A DNA stretch of 64,000 nt from the human T2T-CHM13v2.0 reference genome, Homo sapiens, in assembly GCF_009914755.1 (NCBI RefSeq), contig NC_060930.1; one strand, given 5' to 3'. Position numbers and translations under genes: made by a program. This document shows, piece by piece, positions 1 through 15,340 of this stretch. The stretch's first letter is position 1, and each line of letters starts with the position of its first letter. The notes below the pieces were generated by a model. The model saw only the letters and a program-made list of their open reading frames with translations, was not told the origin of the DNA and ran no database searches.

Positions 1-331
1 GATCAATGCACCTTAGAGTAGAAGAGCAGGCACAGTACTTGAGAGCAGAAGACAGAAGCTGTCTCTACTTCACCAAACTGTTCATCAGTCAAAAATCCCA
101 CTTGAATAAGGAAAGTGTTTGTTTGGAAAACATAATTAACACTATATAATTCATTAAGATGTTTCAAGCCTAGTTCCCAAGAAAGCTACATTTCAAATTA
201 TCCCAAAGGATTAAATATTTAAGAAGGACTGCAAATAAGACCATAAAAATTCATTAAGCTACTGAATTTCTAGCAGAGTCTTATTCATTTGCAGAAGCAG
301 AGTCAAATTACAGTGATGTTCTATAAGGCCA

Positions 332-380
332 GTGTGTGTGTGTGTGTGTGTGTGTGTGCACGCATGTGTGTGTATGTGTG
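332..380. repeat. (GT)n microsatellite
   Basis: GT run with interruptions. Confidence 0.95.
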
Positions 381-1250
381 ATGTACATACACAGAGCATT
401 CATTTGTAAATGTAGTGATTAATGTCAATCTCCCAGGCTCAAATACACTTTCCTTAAAAGTATATATCAATAATAGCTGCTGATTAGAATATATATTGTG
501 TAACCTAGTAATCACTTCGTTGTTAATTCCCCTGTTTGAGGAGTTAAAATGGATTACAATGTAGTAGTTATCATTCAATAGTATCAACATTGAAATACTA
601 CCATAGTCAATATTTTGGTATACATTATTTTTGGTAAATTCAATCTTAATATTTCATTAATACAATATACTGCAGAACACCTGCCAAAACAAAAGATCAT
701 CTTCATCTTAGGTAAATAAACATACGTGCACACAATTTCTAAGAACACCTTAAGAGAACAAACTCTGGACAAATCATGTATTCATAATAATTATTTTCTA
801 TAGATGCTCACATACTTCACAATACAAAATGTTGAATGTAAACACCTAGGAATCTTTTTTGCTTAGCTCTGAACAGCTCAAGGCACAGAAACAGAACCAG
901 TCAGGAACTCAACAAGATGATACAGCCAATCAGTAATATTCATTTGATGTCACTTTTAAAGGGACAAATGCAAATTTGTTTGGGATTTCCAGCCTCTGGA
1001 TTGTCTTCCATTGTCTGACCCTTTCTATTCCTCAGCAAGTTAACTGTAGCTTCTTTTTTTGGTTCTTTGATTGTTACAACTTGAATCACTCTTGCTAATC
1101 TGGTTTTATTTTATTCTCCTTTCCCTTTTAAGAACATAAAAATAATTCTGTCATGCTATCAGAGTGCTACATAGCTCATTATTGAAATTGTTCCTCATTG
1201 CTATTAGATGAGTTCAGCAATATTGCTTATTCTCAGAGTCTTATCAGTAC

Positions 1251-1397
1251 CTGATTTTCATCCCAGCCGGTAAGAAATATATGATAACTCAGAAAGTGAG
1301 TTTTCCCCTGCTCACTCATCCGTGTTTCCAGGGAGAGTAAGAGATCAGCAAACCACTCAAAAGCTCTTGCATCCCGGCAAATCCAGTAGAAATACAC
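1251..1397 (-). CDS. NOX3: NOX3 exon 11 (VYFYWICRD...FLTGWDENQ)
   Basis: Acceptor TGACAG, donor GTACTG; 147 nt; YFYW and FEWF motifs. Confidence 0.97.
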
Positions 1398-2789
1398 CTG
1401 TCAAGAGAGAAGGCAAGTGAACGGATCTATTCTCTTTTCATATGTGCTGATAATCACAGACTACTTTATCTCCATTAAATTATTTGAGCCCAAATGGGCA
1501 CTTCTGCAAAATAACATGCTTTTTTTTTGTGTGTGTCAGTGAACAAACAGTCACACTGTGATTTCTTTTGAAAAAATTCACAATGTGTTTGAAAAAGCCC
1601 AGAGTGAATTCAGAGAGTCAGGAGCCTGTGGGCCGTGCCAGTTTCTCTGGATGAGGATCAACTCACCACATTTCTGGCTGTGCTGCTTCTGAACAAGATT
1701 AATAATCATAACTAGCTGTGCCTTTCACTGCTCCCAAAGGGGGATAAACCGTTAGACCAACCCCTTCATCTTTACTTATGACCTAAGCTCTGGATTTGAA
1801 CTTTCTTCTCCAGAGACCCCAAAGGCTTGGACACTAATCCACTTCACTAGCTACGGCCTCTGGAGAGTGGAGATTATGGTAATTTCAGAATCAAGTCACA
1901 CAGGCCAGAAATTTCCTCTCAGTGAAACATATCGGTGTCCAAGAAAGCTGGTGGGTGGCGGCTGTGCCTGTGTGTCAACTGCTATAATGAAATTATGACT
2001 GGGAAGAATTATTTTTTTAACTCTCGGTATTAAGCAAATGGCATGTGACAAAAAGTAGCTTGGGTTTGCTAAAATAAAAGCTTAGTTTTTGTGCTGCGAG
2101 TTTCAAATAATTGCATCTAGAAGAAACCACAGGAGATAAATCTATTAATTCTCCCATTTTTCTCACACTCCCACCCCTTGCTGCCCACACCTCTCTCTCT
2201 CGTGCCTTCTCCCCAAAGAGACATCTGTATGGCTTAACAATATCCATGAGGGCTGGTCTTGATTCCAGCTGCTGCCTGGTAAATCCCCACCTGGAAATAC
2301 CTCATCCAGTGATCAATGTTCTCTTCTCTCCCTCTCTGCCGGCCAGCTTGTAAGCTCACGATCATATAATCAGAGATATAAATGAGATTTAATGAATAGA
2401 TCAAATTCATGAGACAAAAATAAAAAAGTTTATCTCAAAGCTAAACATCTTGTCTATTCTTTTCATGTTTAGGCAGGACTTTATAATATTAATTATTTGT
2501 AAGAGTAAAAGATGCTGAGAATAAGGCCTCTTCTTTCAAGAACTGGGCCCACATATTTGTTGGACAGCTCCTGTTCACAAGGGGACTTAAGATACTAATT
2601 TCAGGACAAATAATCCCTCAGTCTCTAAGCGCAATGACCTGCTTTTCTCAGGAAGAGAGAGGGTTGCCTTTCCTTTCCTGACACTTATTTCTTCCTAGGG
2701 ATGATCTCTGCACAGCCTCTCCAGGCAGAGCTAAGCCGGGGTTCCCTTTGTGACACCCTCTGAATCCCCATGAGCAAGGGGCTCACGTT

Positions 2790-3610
2790 CATCCATCCGT
2801 TCACTGATTCAACAAATATGTATTGAGTGCTTCCTACCTGTCCAGACTCTTCTGTGCTCTGGAACTATACAAGTGAACAAGACAGGGCCAAAAAAAATTG
2901 CTGTCCTCTTAAAATTTGCATCTTAGAGGGAGAAGGAAGATGATAGATAAGTAGAATATAGGTTATGTCAGATGGTGAGAAGTGCATGCAGAAACCCCAG
3001 GCGGGTTAGAAGTGTTGCAATATTAAGTTGAATGGTCAAACGGGGGCTCAATGAGCCCTCTCTTGTTTTTGGCCTCTTGTGTTCACTTTTATAATTCCAG
3101 GGAGTAGAACAGTCTGGAGACATAGGAGGCATTCAACACATATTTGTTGAATCAGTAATGGATGGACATGAACCATCAATTCGTGGAGATTCATGTCCCC
3201 TCTTCATGAGAAGGGGACATTGGAGCAAAGACCTGGAAAAGTTGAGGGAGTCAAATGCTTAGGTGGGAAGTGCAGATGCAGATGGTGGGAAGTGCAGAGG
3301 TCCTGAGTGAGACCTTTCCAGGAAGAGCCTGGAGGCCTGTGTGGCTGGAGCCCAGAGAGGGTGGGGAGAGCAAGGAGATGGGCGAGGGGAGGGCTGGGGG
3401 AGCCATGGCGTTGTAGGGCTTTGGGGCCGTCGTAGACTTTCCCTCCGAGAGACAGGAAAGCACAGGGAGTTGGCGAGCAGGGAGTTCCATGGCCCGCAGC
3501 AGGTGGCAGGATCTCTCTGGCTGCTGTATTGAGAATAGACCCAGGGTATGGAGGGTGAGGGAGGAGGAAAGGAGGCCAGTTAGGGGTGGATTTTATATTC
3601 GAGGTTGGTG
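2790..3610 (-). mobile_element. L2 LINE 3' fragment interrupted by a local inverted duplication
   Basis: attcaacaaatatgtattgagtgc 3'-end motif and downstream L2-like sequence; boundaries approximate. Confidence 0.7.
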
Positions 3611-4556
3611 ATGAATACCACTATCTGCTTTCTTTTCGCTTTGTATTGTGCCTAATCCAAATTACTCTTTGAAAACCTTAGCTTTCATTTTGCCTTGCTT
3701 TGCTCTTGGTGGAAATGAAAAATCTACTGGCTGAATTAATGCAGTGCTCACCTATGCACGACCCCCTCCTCCCTGGCCTTGGTAGCCTGTTTCATCTCAG
3801 AGTTGGCATTGCGCATAGAGCAAATATCATTGATTTATTTTCTCTCTTTCCCATTCTTTAAGGAACATGCTTAAAACACATTCATAGATGGATAATAAAC
3901 CAGAACATTTGCTTTATAAAAAAATCCTCCAATTTCAAATCTAGTCCCAGTCGTCCTTTCTTGAAAACTATCCCCATCTTAGCTTCCTCCGTACATGAAA
4001 CTTTATCTTTTCAAATAGAAATCCTTCCTTACTTTCTCGTGGCCTAGCTGCATGTCAGCGTCCTTAGGGTTTGTCAAGCCTTTTATACTTTTTGCTTCCT
4101 CGTAATGGCTTTGTGTGTTTTTCCCTCCGTAATTGACTTGTAAGTGACACTGGGCAGCTTTGGTGTAAGAGGCTATGGAGGAAAAATGGATAGGCTCAGT
4201 AGAAGTGTTTCAGGCAGAAAAAGAAAGAAAGGGACTTTGAACAGAAGCAAAAGGTATTTACTTTGACTTTCTTTCATCTTTCTAATGGTGGGGGACACTC
4301 ACTGGGAAGGGACATAAGAGTTCCAAGTCTGCATTTCGCCCATGAGAAAGGACCTGGTCAATGAGAGACCAAGTATCCCAAACAATAGGCTACAACTCTG
4401 TGATCTGTGCTTTCCAATGCTCACCCCACCTTAGTCTCCAAAAATAAAACAACCCTGAAATCAGCTACCTGTAGAAAGCATGCCTTTTCAGAATTTCATA
4501 GCTGATCTCAGAGACCAAAAATACCTGAGTTTACTTTAAAAGATTTTATTAAATAG

Positions 4557-5138
<582 letters not shown>

Positions 5139-5595
5139 TGAGCGACAGTCACAAGTTTGGGCTCTCTGTGTGTCCCTTCTCATTTTCATGTTTTCCCAAG
5201 CCAAGGCTTCTCTTTAAGAATTCTTCAGCAGCACATAGGGACCAGGTCAAAGAGGTCTGGGGCCAGTAGGAAATGGAACTGTGCTAAATTTTGATAAACA
5301 GTTTCAGAAAATGAATTGAGAAGCACTACCAATCTGTGTTACTATGAGAGCTCAGACTCTCTAATCAAAGTTGGATGCTTTCAGGCGATTACATCTCCAA
5401 AACTTGTGCCGTATCTTGAATAGATATCCATGAACACAGGCAGAGGGCACTTTCACAAATGCAATCTGTATGTCTTTATATCCAAAATAAATTTCCAGAG
5501 AATGAAACAGAAAAAAAATTATTTACCTATGTATTTATTTATGGCCCAGAACCCCTCTAAACAAGGAAAGTGTACACAAGAATACAGGTTTAGGA

Positions 5596-5885
5596 TATAG
5601 TGTAGCATGGTACAACAGCTCAGCGTTGTGAGCCTATGAAGCCCATCTGCTGTGGTAGACTGCTGCTGGCTTCACCATGCAGGTAGAAGTTGCAAATAAC
5701 TTGTGCAACTGGGCAAAAGTTATTTAACTCCAACCTAGATTACTGCGTATGTAAAATGGCAATAAACACAGAACAATAGCTCCTGAGGTTATTGTGAGGA
5801 TGAAAGGATATGTTTTACTGAAGCATTTAATGCAACGTCTGGCAGACACAGTAAGTGCTCAGAAGATGTTAGCTGCTATTGTTAC
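5596..5885 (+). mobile_element. MIR SINE
   Basis: MIR core and 3' motifs (gtaaaatgg, gttattgtgaggatgaaa, agtaagtgctca); approximate. Confidence 0.7.
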
Positions 5886-6733
5886 TATCCTTGTTTGTCA
5901 TTTGGAGGAGCTTAGAGAATGAAGAATGAAGACAGTATATTATAGAGCAAAGAGGGACATGCGCCTTGCTTGGCATGTGTTCCCACTGGTCACTCCTGGT
6001 CACTGAGAAGGGAAGCCAAACTTGACCTCTAGCACCAGTGTCAGAAGCAGAATCTCAGCATTCATCATGAAGATGTGCTCCATGAAGGGGAAGCCCCTCA
6101 CCAGGCTCGGTGTGTGCTAAACTCACCTAGAGGCGTTTTACAGGGAGCCAGGGGCCCACCTTGACCATCGCCTCCTCAAGGAGAAGGGCAGTGGCTTGCA
6201 GTGCCACCTGCCTCCTGCTGGGCAGCACGCCTCTGTACCCCACACTGTGCAAAAGAAAGAACAGAACAGACAGAAGCTTGAAACCAGCAGGATGACAGAA
6301 GCTCTGCATAGAGGGGAATCAGGATCATTTTCCAAAAGGAGAATTTCTCTCTGTGAAAAGATAAAGACTGGTGTTTAGAAAATATATTACCTCCTCAATA
6401 AATGATCACTCTTATTGTCCTGGTTTTTATTTTGTTTTTGTTAAGGGAATCCTGGATTAATACAATAGCAAATAAGAAGAAATAAAAGAAGAAATATTTC
6501 TTCTTAATGATAAGCCTACCTAATGTGTAAAAGTTCTAGTTTAAAGTGATACAGTTATAAAATTGTTTTTCTGGTGAACCATTATAAGGCCAAGACCAGG
6601 CTTTGTCAATAATTTTTCATCCTTAAGACATTTTCTGAATGTGATTATCCTCAATGTTAACTATTTCATGACTATATTGCTACTTCGCCCTGTGGCTGAG
6701 GACTGATCTCTTTTGGGCCTCCGTTTGGTCTAA

Positions 6734-7093
<360 letters not shown>

Positions 7094-7099
7094 TGAAAC

Positions 7100-7480
7100 A
7101 TTATTTAATAGCAGAATGATTCCATAAATTGTGGCCTATCCACACTATGGAATACTCTAAAGACACCAAACAAAATGAAATAGATCATCAGGTATTGACA
7201 CTGACGGTGCCCGAAGTTATGCTTTAATGAAAAACAAAACAAATTACACTTCCTCTGCCTTCTACACACACACACCCCTATTTATGCATGAATGTGTATA
7301 GGTATATGCATATAAATGCATGGAAAAGGAATGGAATGAGACATATTCAACTGTTTAATGGTGAGTTTCTTAGGGAGCAAAGTTGGGGAGGTGTTTAGTT
7401 TGGGGAGGGAGGTGAAGGGAGATTTTAAAATGTTTGTGTATTTCATTGGACTCTTTTGCAAGAAGACTGTAGTCACGCAA
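7100..7480 (+). mobile_element. Old L1 (L1M-type) 3' fragment
   Basis: ataaattgtggcctatccacactatggaatact resembles the L1 3' region; approximate. Confidence 0.55.
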
Positions 7481-10400
7481 TCTGTGGTTAATAAACCAAG
7501 ATATTAAACATATTAATACTGGTCACTTCCGCACAGAGCAATGGTGAGGGCTGATGGGGTACTGAGGCCTTTTGAGGCCCTCCGAGGAAAGACAAGAAGC
7601 ATACATTTCTTTAGCAGAAGCATGAATGGCCCCTCCTAAAGAGGCCAACTGATGGCAGGAATCTTGGTGATTAGTAGAGATGATCAGTTCCAGGAGTAGT
7701 CAGAGCTCCAGTGTGAGGGAAAGTGAAAGTAAATAATTTCTCAAAGTAAACAGATTAAATTAAATGCATTTTTCATTCACTAGAAAAGAGAGCAGGCCCT
7801 CCTTTGTTTTATTAATATATTTTAGTAGAGTATGGATTTTTTGTCTTTTTTGGCCTCTTTCCCTTGTTCCCACTGGCCCGTGCTGTCTTTTTATTTGAAT
7901 TATCTGTTTATTATATTAGGTTAAGAACCCAAAGGCCATTTTGCATGGGACACACTATAAATACCCATTATCATGGTTATATATTATGGAGCTGATGAAG
8001 GAAGACAATTTATGAAGAAATGAGATTATCTCAGTTCTTGTATAATCTGTTGTATCGTAGTCTGAAGACTACATATGCAGTTAAGAAAACGAACCGCATC
8101 TTGCAGTTGGCAGTTGTCTCAGTCCTGACTGCACAGCTGTGATATTAGGGAGAACTAAAATGTGTAAGCCAATCTATTTATGTCAGCAATCCTCCCCCTC
8201 CCTCCCCATTCATACACACCTATTTCATTCATCATTTTGACAGTTTGCACAAGCAAACCGTCCTAATTTTTTTTCAAGAGCTCTTTTCACAAATTGAGTG
8301 TGATGTAGAATTAATCATACCCGTTAGGCAGGAGGTGGAGGACTTTATTGCTAGAGGGCATTTTTCACCCCCAGCATTCAGCTTCCTCCATATTGCATCA
8401 CAGAGAATTCTCAACCACCCTCAGCCTTCCCTCATCCCACAGGGGCACAGCGTTCTCAGCTGCCTTCAACTCAGTGAAGTTTGGCTCTTACTTCTGCGTT
8501 GAAAATATTTCTTTCATGTATTACAACTTTTTTCCATTTTCATCACAGCAAGCCATCATTATACTTCTTGTTATTTGGCCTTCTTGGGAAATCCCCTCCT
8601 GCCCATTCTTCCCCCTCCCCTTCCACTCCCCGCCCCCTCCCAGATCTTTCAAAACAAAAGTACTTAGAAACAAAGAGATTTTAAGACATCAGCTTCAAAT
8701 GGAAAGTACTACTTATGACGCTTCCCACTGAGGAAGTGGCAGGCGCCTTATTGGTTGTGCTCCTGCATTTTACTTAGAAGTTTTCTAGAATAATGCAACA
8801 GAGGAGAAGGGTAAAGAAGTTCTAGTTTGCAACGGTGACAATTGAGAAAACTTTGGTGCACATTTTTTCCTATAGACTTGCAACTTGAGTTTTGTGTGTA
8901 AAAATGTATGCCTTATGCCAACCAGTGTTTTTACACATGGAGGAAAAAAAAATCCCACCTAATCGCAGTTAACCATTTAAGCTTAAAATTCTGGCTCTCA
9001 ACGCCTATGCGAGTTGTCCTTTCCTTCCTTATTACAAAAGAGGACAATCTGAAAACTATAGTCCAGACTTAAAATTGTGAAGACACCGTTAGATAAATAT
9101 GTACTGCTTTGCTCTGTGGCACTTCAAAAATTATATAGACTCTGACAGTTTAGTGGAAGGAGTAGTCTTTATATCTCAAAAGCATGTAGGTAGCCCTGAC
9201 AAATATTAGTTACATAAGCCTAATAGTAGCTATACTCAAACCAACACAAAGTTGCTTTAAAAGAGAGAAGCTTCCTAAACCTGTTCTCATGCCTGCAGAC
9301 GCTTAAGGAATTGGATCTGAACTGTAATTTTCAGCCCAAACTTTCAATAGCATGAAAACCTCACTTCTTCCATGAAAGAACTTTGAAGCAGAAATCAGAA
9401 ACACATGCTCAGGTCCTGACTCAGTGGTGAACAAGCGGGGTGACTTTGGACAAATCATCTCCGCTCGAGGTGCAGATACTGACTTTCATGGTCCTATGCA
9501 AAGCTAGGAGATTAGGACCTTTAAGTTATTTTATGATTCCACACTTTAGCTTCCTTTCTCCCATATGACATTATTTCTGCCCTTATTTTCACCTGAGTCG
9601 TGTCCAAATAGTACCTCACATTTTTATAAGCGATGAAAACATTGCTTTTATATTTTTTACTCTACTGTTTCTGTTTCTTGGAATAGAGATCAATGTCCCT
9701 ATTTTATGGTTTTGTGGTGACTGCAGTGCTGAAAGCCTTGAGAAACGCCACAAGCAGAGCCCAGGAATGACAATGGAATGCTGAGAAAGGAGGCAAAATT
9801 AAGATTTTGTAGGCTCCTGTATGAATTTTAAAATTTTTGGGGGTTCTTATAAGATTTTTCCTCTATATTCCTAGTAAAATAATTGGAATTTAGTAAAAAT
9901 CATTGAAGAATTTTTTTGGTTACATAAACAAAACCTTAATACCCTTAAATTTTAAAGAAAATTGTGTACAGAAGCCATTGTTTATTCTTTTTGGACATGT
10001 AGACATTTATTCACTCATTGATTTATTCAATATTTTTACTATATATATAGTTATCACATGTTGTATGTGTATATATATATATGTATGAAGATATCCAGAG
10101 AAGCTATGTTCAAGGAACTCACAGTCTGTTAGAGAAAATAAGATTATTTCACGAATCTTAATACAGGAAAGATATGTGACATAACAGTAGGGCAGCAAAG
10201 GAGTGGTGGAGGTTAAGAGAAGGGGGAGGTGATTGTGAGTCGGGTGTAATGACAATGAGACTTTGCATGTCTCTGAGCAGGACTTGAAATATTAGTTGGA
10301 TTAGTGAGTGAATGAAAATGAGACACGCTATCCACCACCATCTTCCTGTGAAGCATGAAGTGACTTTTAGTGTCGTGGAAACCATGAAGCAGTGAGCCAC

Positions 10401-10544
10401 CTCTCTGAGTGGGATTTACTTGGTAGGCAGCAAGAGGGAAGGAAGAACTTAGGGTGGCTGAAAAATCATCACGAACCAAAACAAAGCATTGCTGTGAGGT
10501 CCAAATATCCCAGTCACTGTTTTGCTTGCTTTGTTAAATATATT

Positions 10545-11450
10545 ATGGCGTAGAGGAAAGAAGATGAGCTTTGGTGCCAGAAGGATCTAGATTCAAACTC
10601 TAGTTCTAGTATTATTTAGCTCTCTGTGTGTCAGGGTCCTCATCAGTATTGAGAATATTACCTATCTGAATGAGCTATTATGAGCATTTAGTAAAATGAC
10701 TGTCATTTCTATTAGCTTTGTGATCAGGCCTTAGTTTTCTCATCTGTAAAATGGGAATAAAAATGATAAGTATGACGAAAAGATGGCATGAGATAGTGCA
10801 TGTAAAATGCCCAGTTTCCTTCCTGTTAGGTAGTCAGTGCTTGATAAATCTAGGCCATTAGTAATAGCAGTACTGGTAACCTATTTATACCTTTGGTAGA
10901 TACAATCAGCATTTAGATAATCATCTATATTTCTGTATACACATTTCTATGGTAATATTTCCATATTATTTGTCTTATTTAGCATTAAAACTCCCTGTTG
11001 GATATGGATTCTTATTTCTCCATTATGTGGATCAGGAAACTCAGCTCAGAGAGGTGAACTGCAGGCAGTATTTCAGTCAGGGTGGAATCAGGCATGTTCT
11101 TTGATGACAGCAAAATTCAGGTGCCGATTCTATGAGCAGGAATCCCACCGTCTTCCTAAAATATTGCTCCAGGGTTGCAGGAGGAGCTGGGGGTCACGTC
11201 TACCATGTGTTGGTTTTGTCATGGAAAGAGCCAGATGAACCTAAGTTTGAATCCTGATTCTGCCTTTGATTACCCATGTCTTTTCAGGAAAATCAATTTA
11301 ATCTCTCCAAGCTTCAGGTTCCTTACCTGGAAAACAGGCCTTGTGTTACTTACTTTATAAGGTTGTTGGGGAGATTAAAAAATTCAAATGAGAAAATGTA
11401 TGTCAAGGACCTGTCACTTGGAAACTCATGAAATAGTTAACTGCTGTTTC
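10545..11450. mobile_element. Cluster of MIR fragments
   Basis: Several MIR core motifs (ccttagttttctcatctgtaaaatggg, gaaactcagctcagagagg, ttgaatcctgattctgcc); approximate. Confidence 0.6.
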
Positions 11451-11616
11451 TTAGTTGGCAGAGACCCGAGTTTAGAGATCTTCTAGCCCTCATTGCCTGG
11501 GATGCTTCACAGAATACGAATTCTTGATAGGTGTTAGGTGAGGAAAGGTTCTGTAGCTAAATAAGCTTGGGAAAGATAGATGAAACAAAACTGAATGAGG
11601 ATCTTTTCTGCGGAAC

Positions 11617-11836
11617 TTTTTTTAGAGACAGAGTCTCGCTCTGTTGCCCAGGCTGGAGTGCAGTGGTGCGATCACGGCTCACTGCTTTGAACTCCCTAAT
11701 ATTTAATTTTCTTGCAGAGATGATGTCTCTCTATGCGGCCCGGGCTGGTCTAGCGTCAAACTCCTGGCCTCAAGTGATCCTCCCACTTCAATCTCCCAAA
11801 GTGCTGGGGTTACAGGCATGAGCTACTGCGCCCCAC
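11617..11836 (-). mobile_element. AluJ-like with internal deletion
   Basis: Alu arms with the right arm shortened; TSD gc(g/a)gaactt. Confidence 0.85.
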
Positions 11837-12736
11837 CCCCGCAGAACTTATTTAATGGCTAGTGGATGATGTCTTCTAGAGTGGGATGTTGCAGGAGCGT
11901 TGCTTAAGTTCCTTTGACTACGGAATTCTCTCTAGTGGATCATGTCAGGTGACAGATGTCCCATGGTTTACACATTGAGACCTGGTGGTTAAGTCAAGCG
12001 TCTCCCTTTGATAGATGAGGACACTGTGGACAAAGGGTTAAGCAGAGAAGATATGCAGGACGGCCCAGCACCAAGCTCGTCTGCCATCCTCACTCCTCCT
12101 GCATTCATACGGCTTTGGGTTATCAGGGCTCTTTGCCTACCATTGCTCTAGTGCCTGCTGCTGGTCCTAAGAGGGTCCAAGTATCGGATGGAGTGTCTAG
12201 ATACGACAAAGGACGGAAAGAAATTCTAGAGGCATCTAGTTGTAAAACATACAGGAAATGACAAAAGGGAGATTCAGAGCGGGATGGCCACCCCACAGCA
12301 AGCCGGCCAATAAATCCCAATTGTGGCTTCTTGTTAGGACTGAGTCCACGAGAGGAGGACATCGAATTGTACACTTGCAACCACAGTCTGAAGCTAAAGA
12401 GACTAAGGAGAGGTTGCCTCTTAATATTGCGAACTGCCACCCAGTCACATAGCCATTTGCAGCCTGTCCATATTTTACTGAGATGAGCAATTACATGTCC
12501 TGTAATGGCAATGAAGCAATAAAATTTATGTCTTGTCATCTTTAACAAGATTAGACATAACCCTACTCATAAATGTAATACTGAGTGGAGATTTTTAAGA
12601 ACATAAGTATAGTTAAGGATCCTTGAGTTTATCCCTCATAGTTAATTAAAATCCTCCCCAAGAATCGGCAGATGATAGATATAAGGACATTGAACCTTTT
12701 AATCCATGGAAGGGTGAACTAATGATTTTTCCGTAC

Positions 12737-12899
12737 CTTGCTCAGCTTCAGTGGGGTCTGTGCCTCACTGCATTTGTACCATATAGATTTCAGAAGAGCA
12801 GCGAAGGGAGTGACTCCGATCCCCGCGGCAACGCACACACACACTGGGTAGTGAAATACATCTGTCAGGGCAGTTCCAAAGGGCCCGTCCACTGCCAGC
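12737..12899 (-). CDS. NOX3: NOX3 exon 10 (LAVDGPFG...AAGIGVTPF...KLSK; NADPH binding)
   Basis: Acceptor TTCCAG, donor GTACGG; 163 nt. Confidence 0.97.
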
Positions 12900-13688
12900 C
12901 TGGAATCATAGAGGAATGCAGCCTATTTGACCTTCAGAACACCTTGCTCGTGAACCCAGAACCATCCGGAGCTGGTGCTTTTTACAGGACGTGTTTGCCA
13001 GTGCATGCAGAGGTTGACTCTGTGCCTGAAAATGCCCTATTTGGAGAGCCTGGGGTTAGCATGAGGATTTCCAGCTCTGCCTTATTGGGAGACAACGAGG
13101 TTGTCCTGGCCCAGGCACTGTTCATGGAAGGACAAAGCCTGACATCTCTCGCTATAGCTCAGGCCTCGTCCATGTGGCATGCTCTCCTTACAGCGCTTAG
13201 AAGCTTGTTTTGGCTCCAAGTATCATTGAGGCTGCTGGAAGAGCTATTTCCCTTTCCACCCCAGCTGCCATCAGAGGGAAAAATCTGGAAGCATCAAGGA
13301 AGCTTAGCAGGCTTCTATTTCCTCTTCCTAATGTCATTCTCCCCTGTTTACATTTGGTCACACATCTTAGTAGGTTTATGTAATTTTAGTCTAATGGAAG
13401 CTATTCATTTGGAATAAATATAATTTTGAAGTCATTTGTCAGTTATGTGGAACTTCTAAAACCCATTATTTTAGATTATACTGACTCAAAATCTGTGGTA
13501 ATTAGGCCTTGGGTAGCACTGGTATTTTTCTTTGCTTAGCAAATTTTTCTTAATAAGGATAAAGTATATTCATTGAATAAATAAGAGGGTCCTTAGCATG
13601 GTCCTATGCAGACTGGTCCCTGAGTTCTTTTCCATCACTCATCACTGGTTCTCACACTGGTGAGATATTAATATTCTTAAAATATTAA

Positions 13689-14415
<727 letters not shown>

Positions 14416-15109
14416 ATTGTAAAGGGAATGTTTAAAATATTTCAGTCAGCAGAATGTATTAAATAACCTCAACTATTCCAAAAGCACACATTTACATATG
14501 AACAAAGATATGCTAATTAAAAGGTTTCTGAGTTATTCATAACCATTCCCTAAGGGGTGTCTGTTGAAGACACCGGAGGTTGGCCCATTTGAGCTTTACT
14601 ATGTGTTCATGAAAGTTCAATTGGGTTTATTTTAAATTATTCTATATGCCAGACTTCCTAATAATTCAAATGAACTCTCCTCAAGTTAATCTTAATTAAT
14701 AAGGCTTTATTACATATTGATATATGGAAATGGAAGAATAAAAATAAAAGGTCATTAACCAGAAATGGTTAGTATCTTAGCCCACTGTAGATTATTCCAT
14801 AAATAATTACATAAAGGAAATTGAGAGAAAGAGAGAAAGAAAACCTGTCCATAGATTCAAATGTCTTACTGTTCATTTTTAAAAAATAATCAGTCATATT
14901 GGGAATTTATTTGACACTGATTTAAAAAGATGTCAATTAAATCCCAAGAAGAATTTTGTAAATTAATCCACAGAAATATACAATAAACAAATTTCTACAT
15001 CTTTAGAATTGAAACTCAAAGCTACAGGAGAAAATATTTGGTCTAAGTTCCCTGCTAATACAGTAATCCTCCTGCCACATTCCTGAGAGATGCTCATATA
15101 CCTATGTTA

Positions 15110-15340
15110 AACTGCGGGGCACCTTGTTCCACTTAGGGGCAATTCTAAATATTAGACAATTTGTTCTCATGTCTTACTGAAATCTGTCTTCTGACAACTC
15201 TCATCTTTTGCCTTTCTGAGAAGCACATTCCAGATCTTTTTCCTTTTTGGCATCTCAGGCCTTTAAATAGTTGAACATAGCTATCATGACATCCCAGTTG
15301 TTCTTTTTTGGGCCCAAATTTCTCCATTTCTCCAGATTTT
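15110..15340. mobile_element. L3/CR1 fragment
   Basis: Resembles recalled L3 consensus; approximate. Confidence 0.45.

Noticed and set aside
3493-3510. CTCF-like GCAGCAGGTGGCAG
   Set aside because: Mismatch at a core position and inside an L2; not supportable without ChIP data
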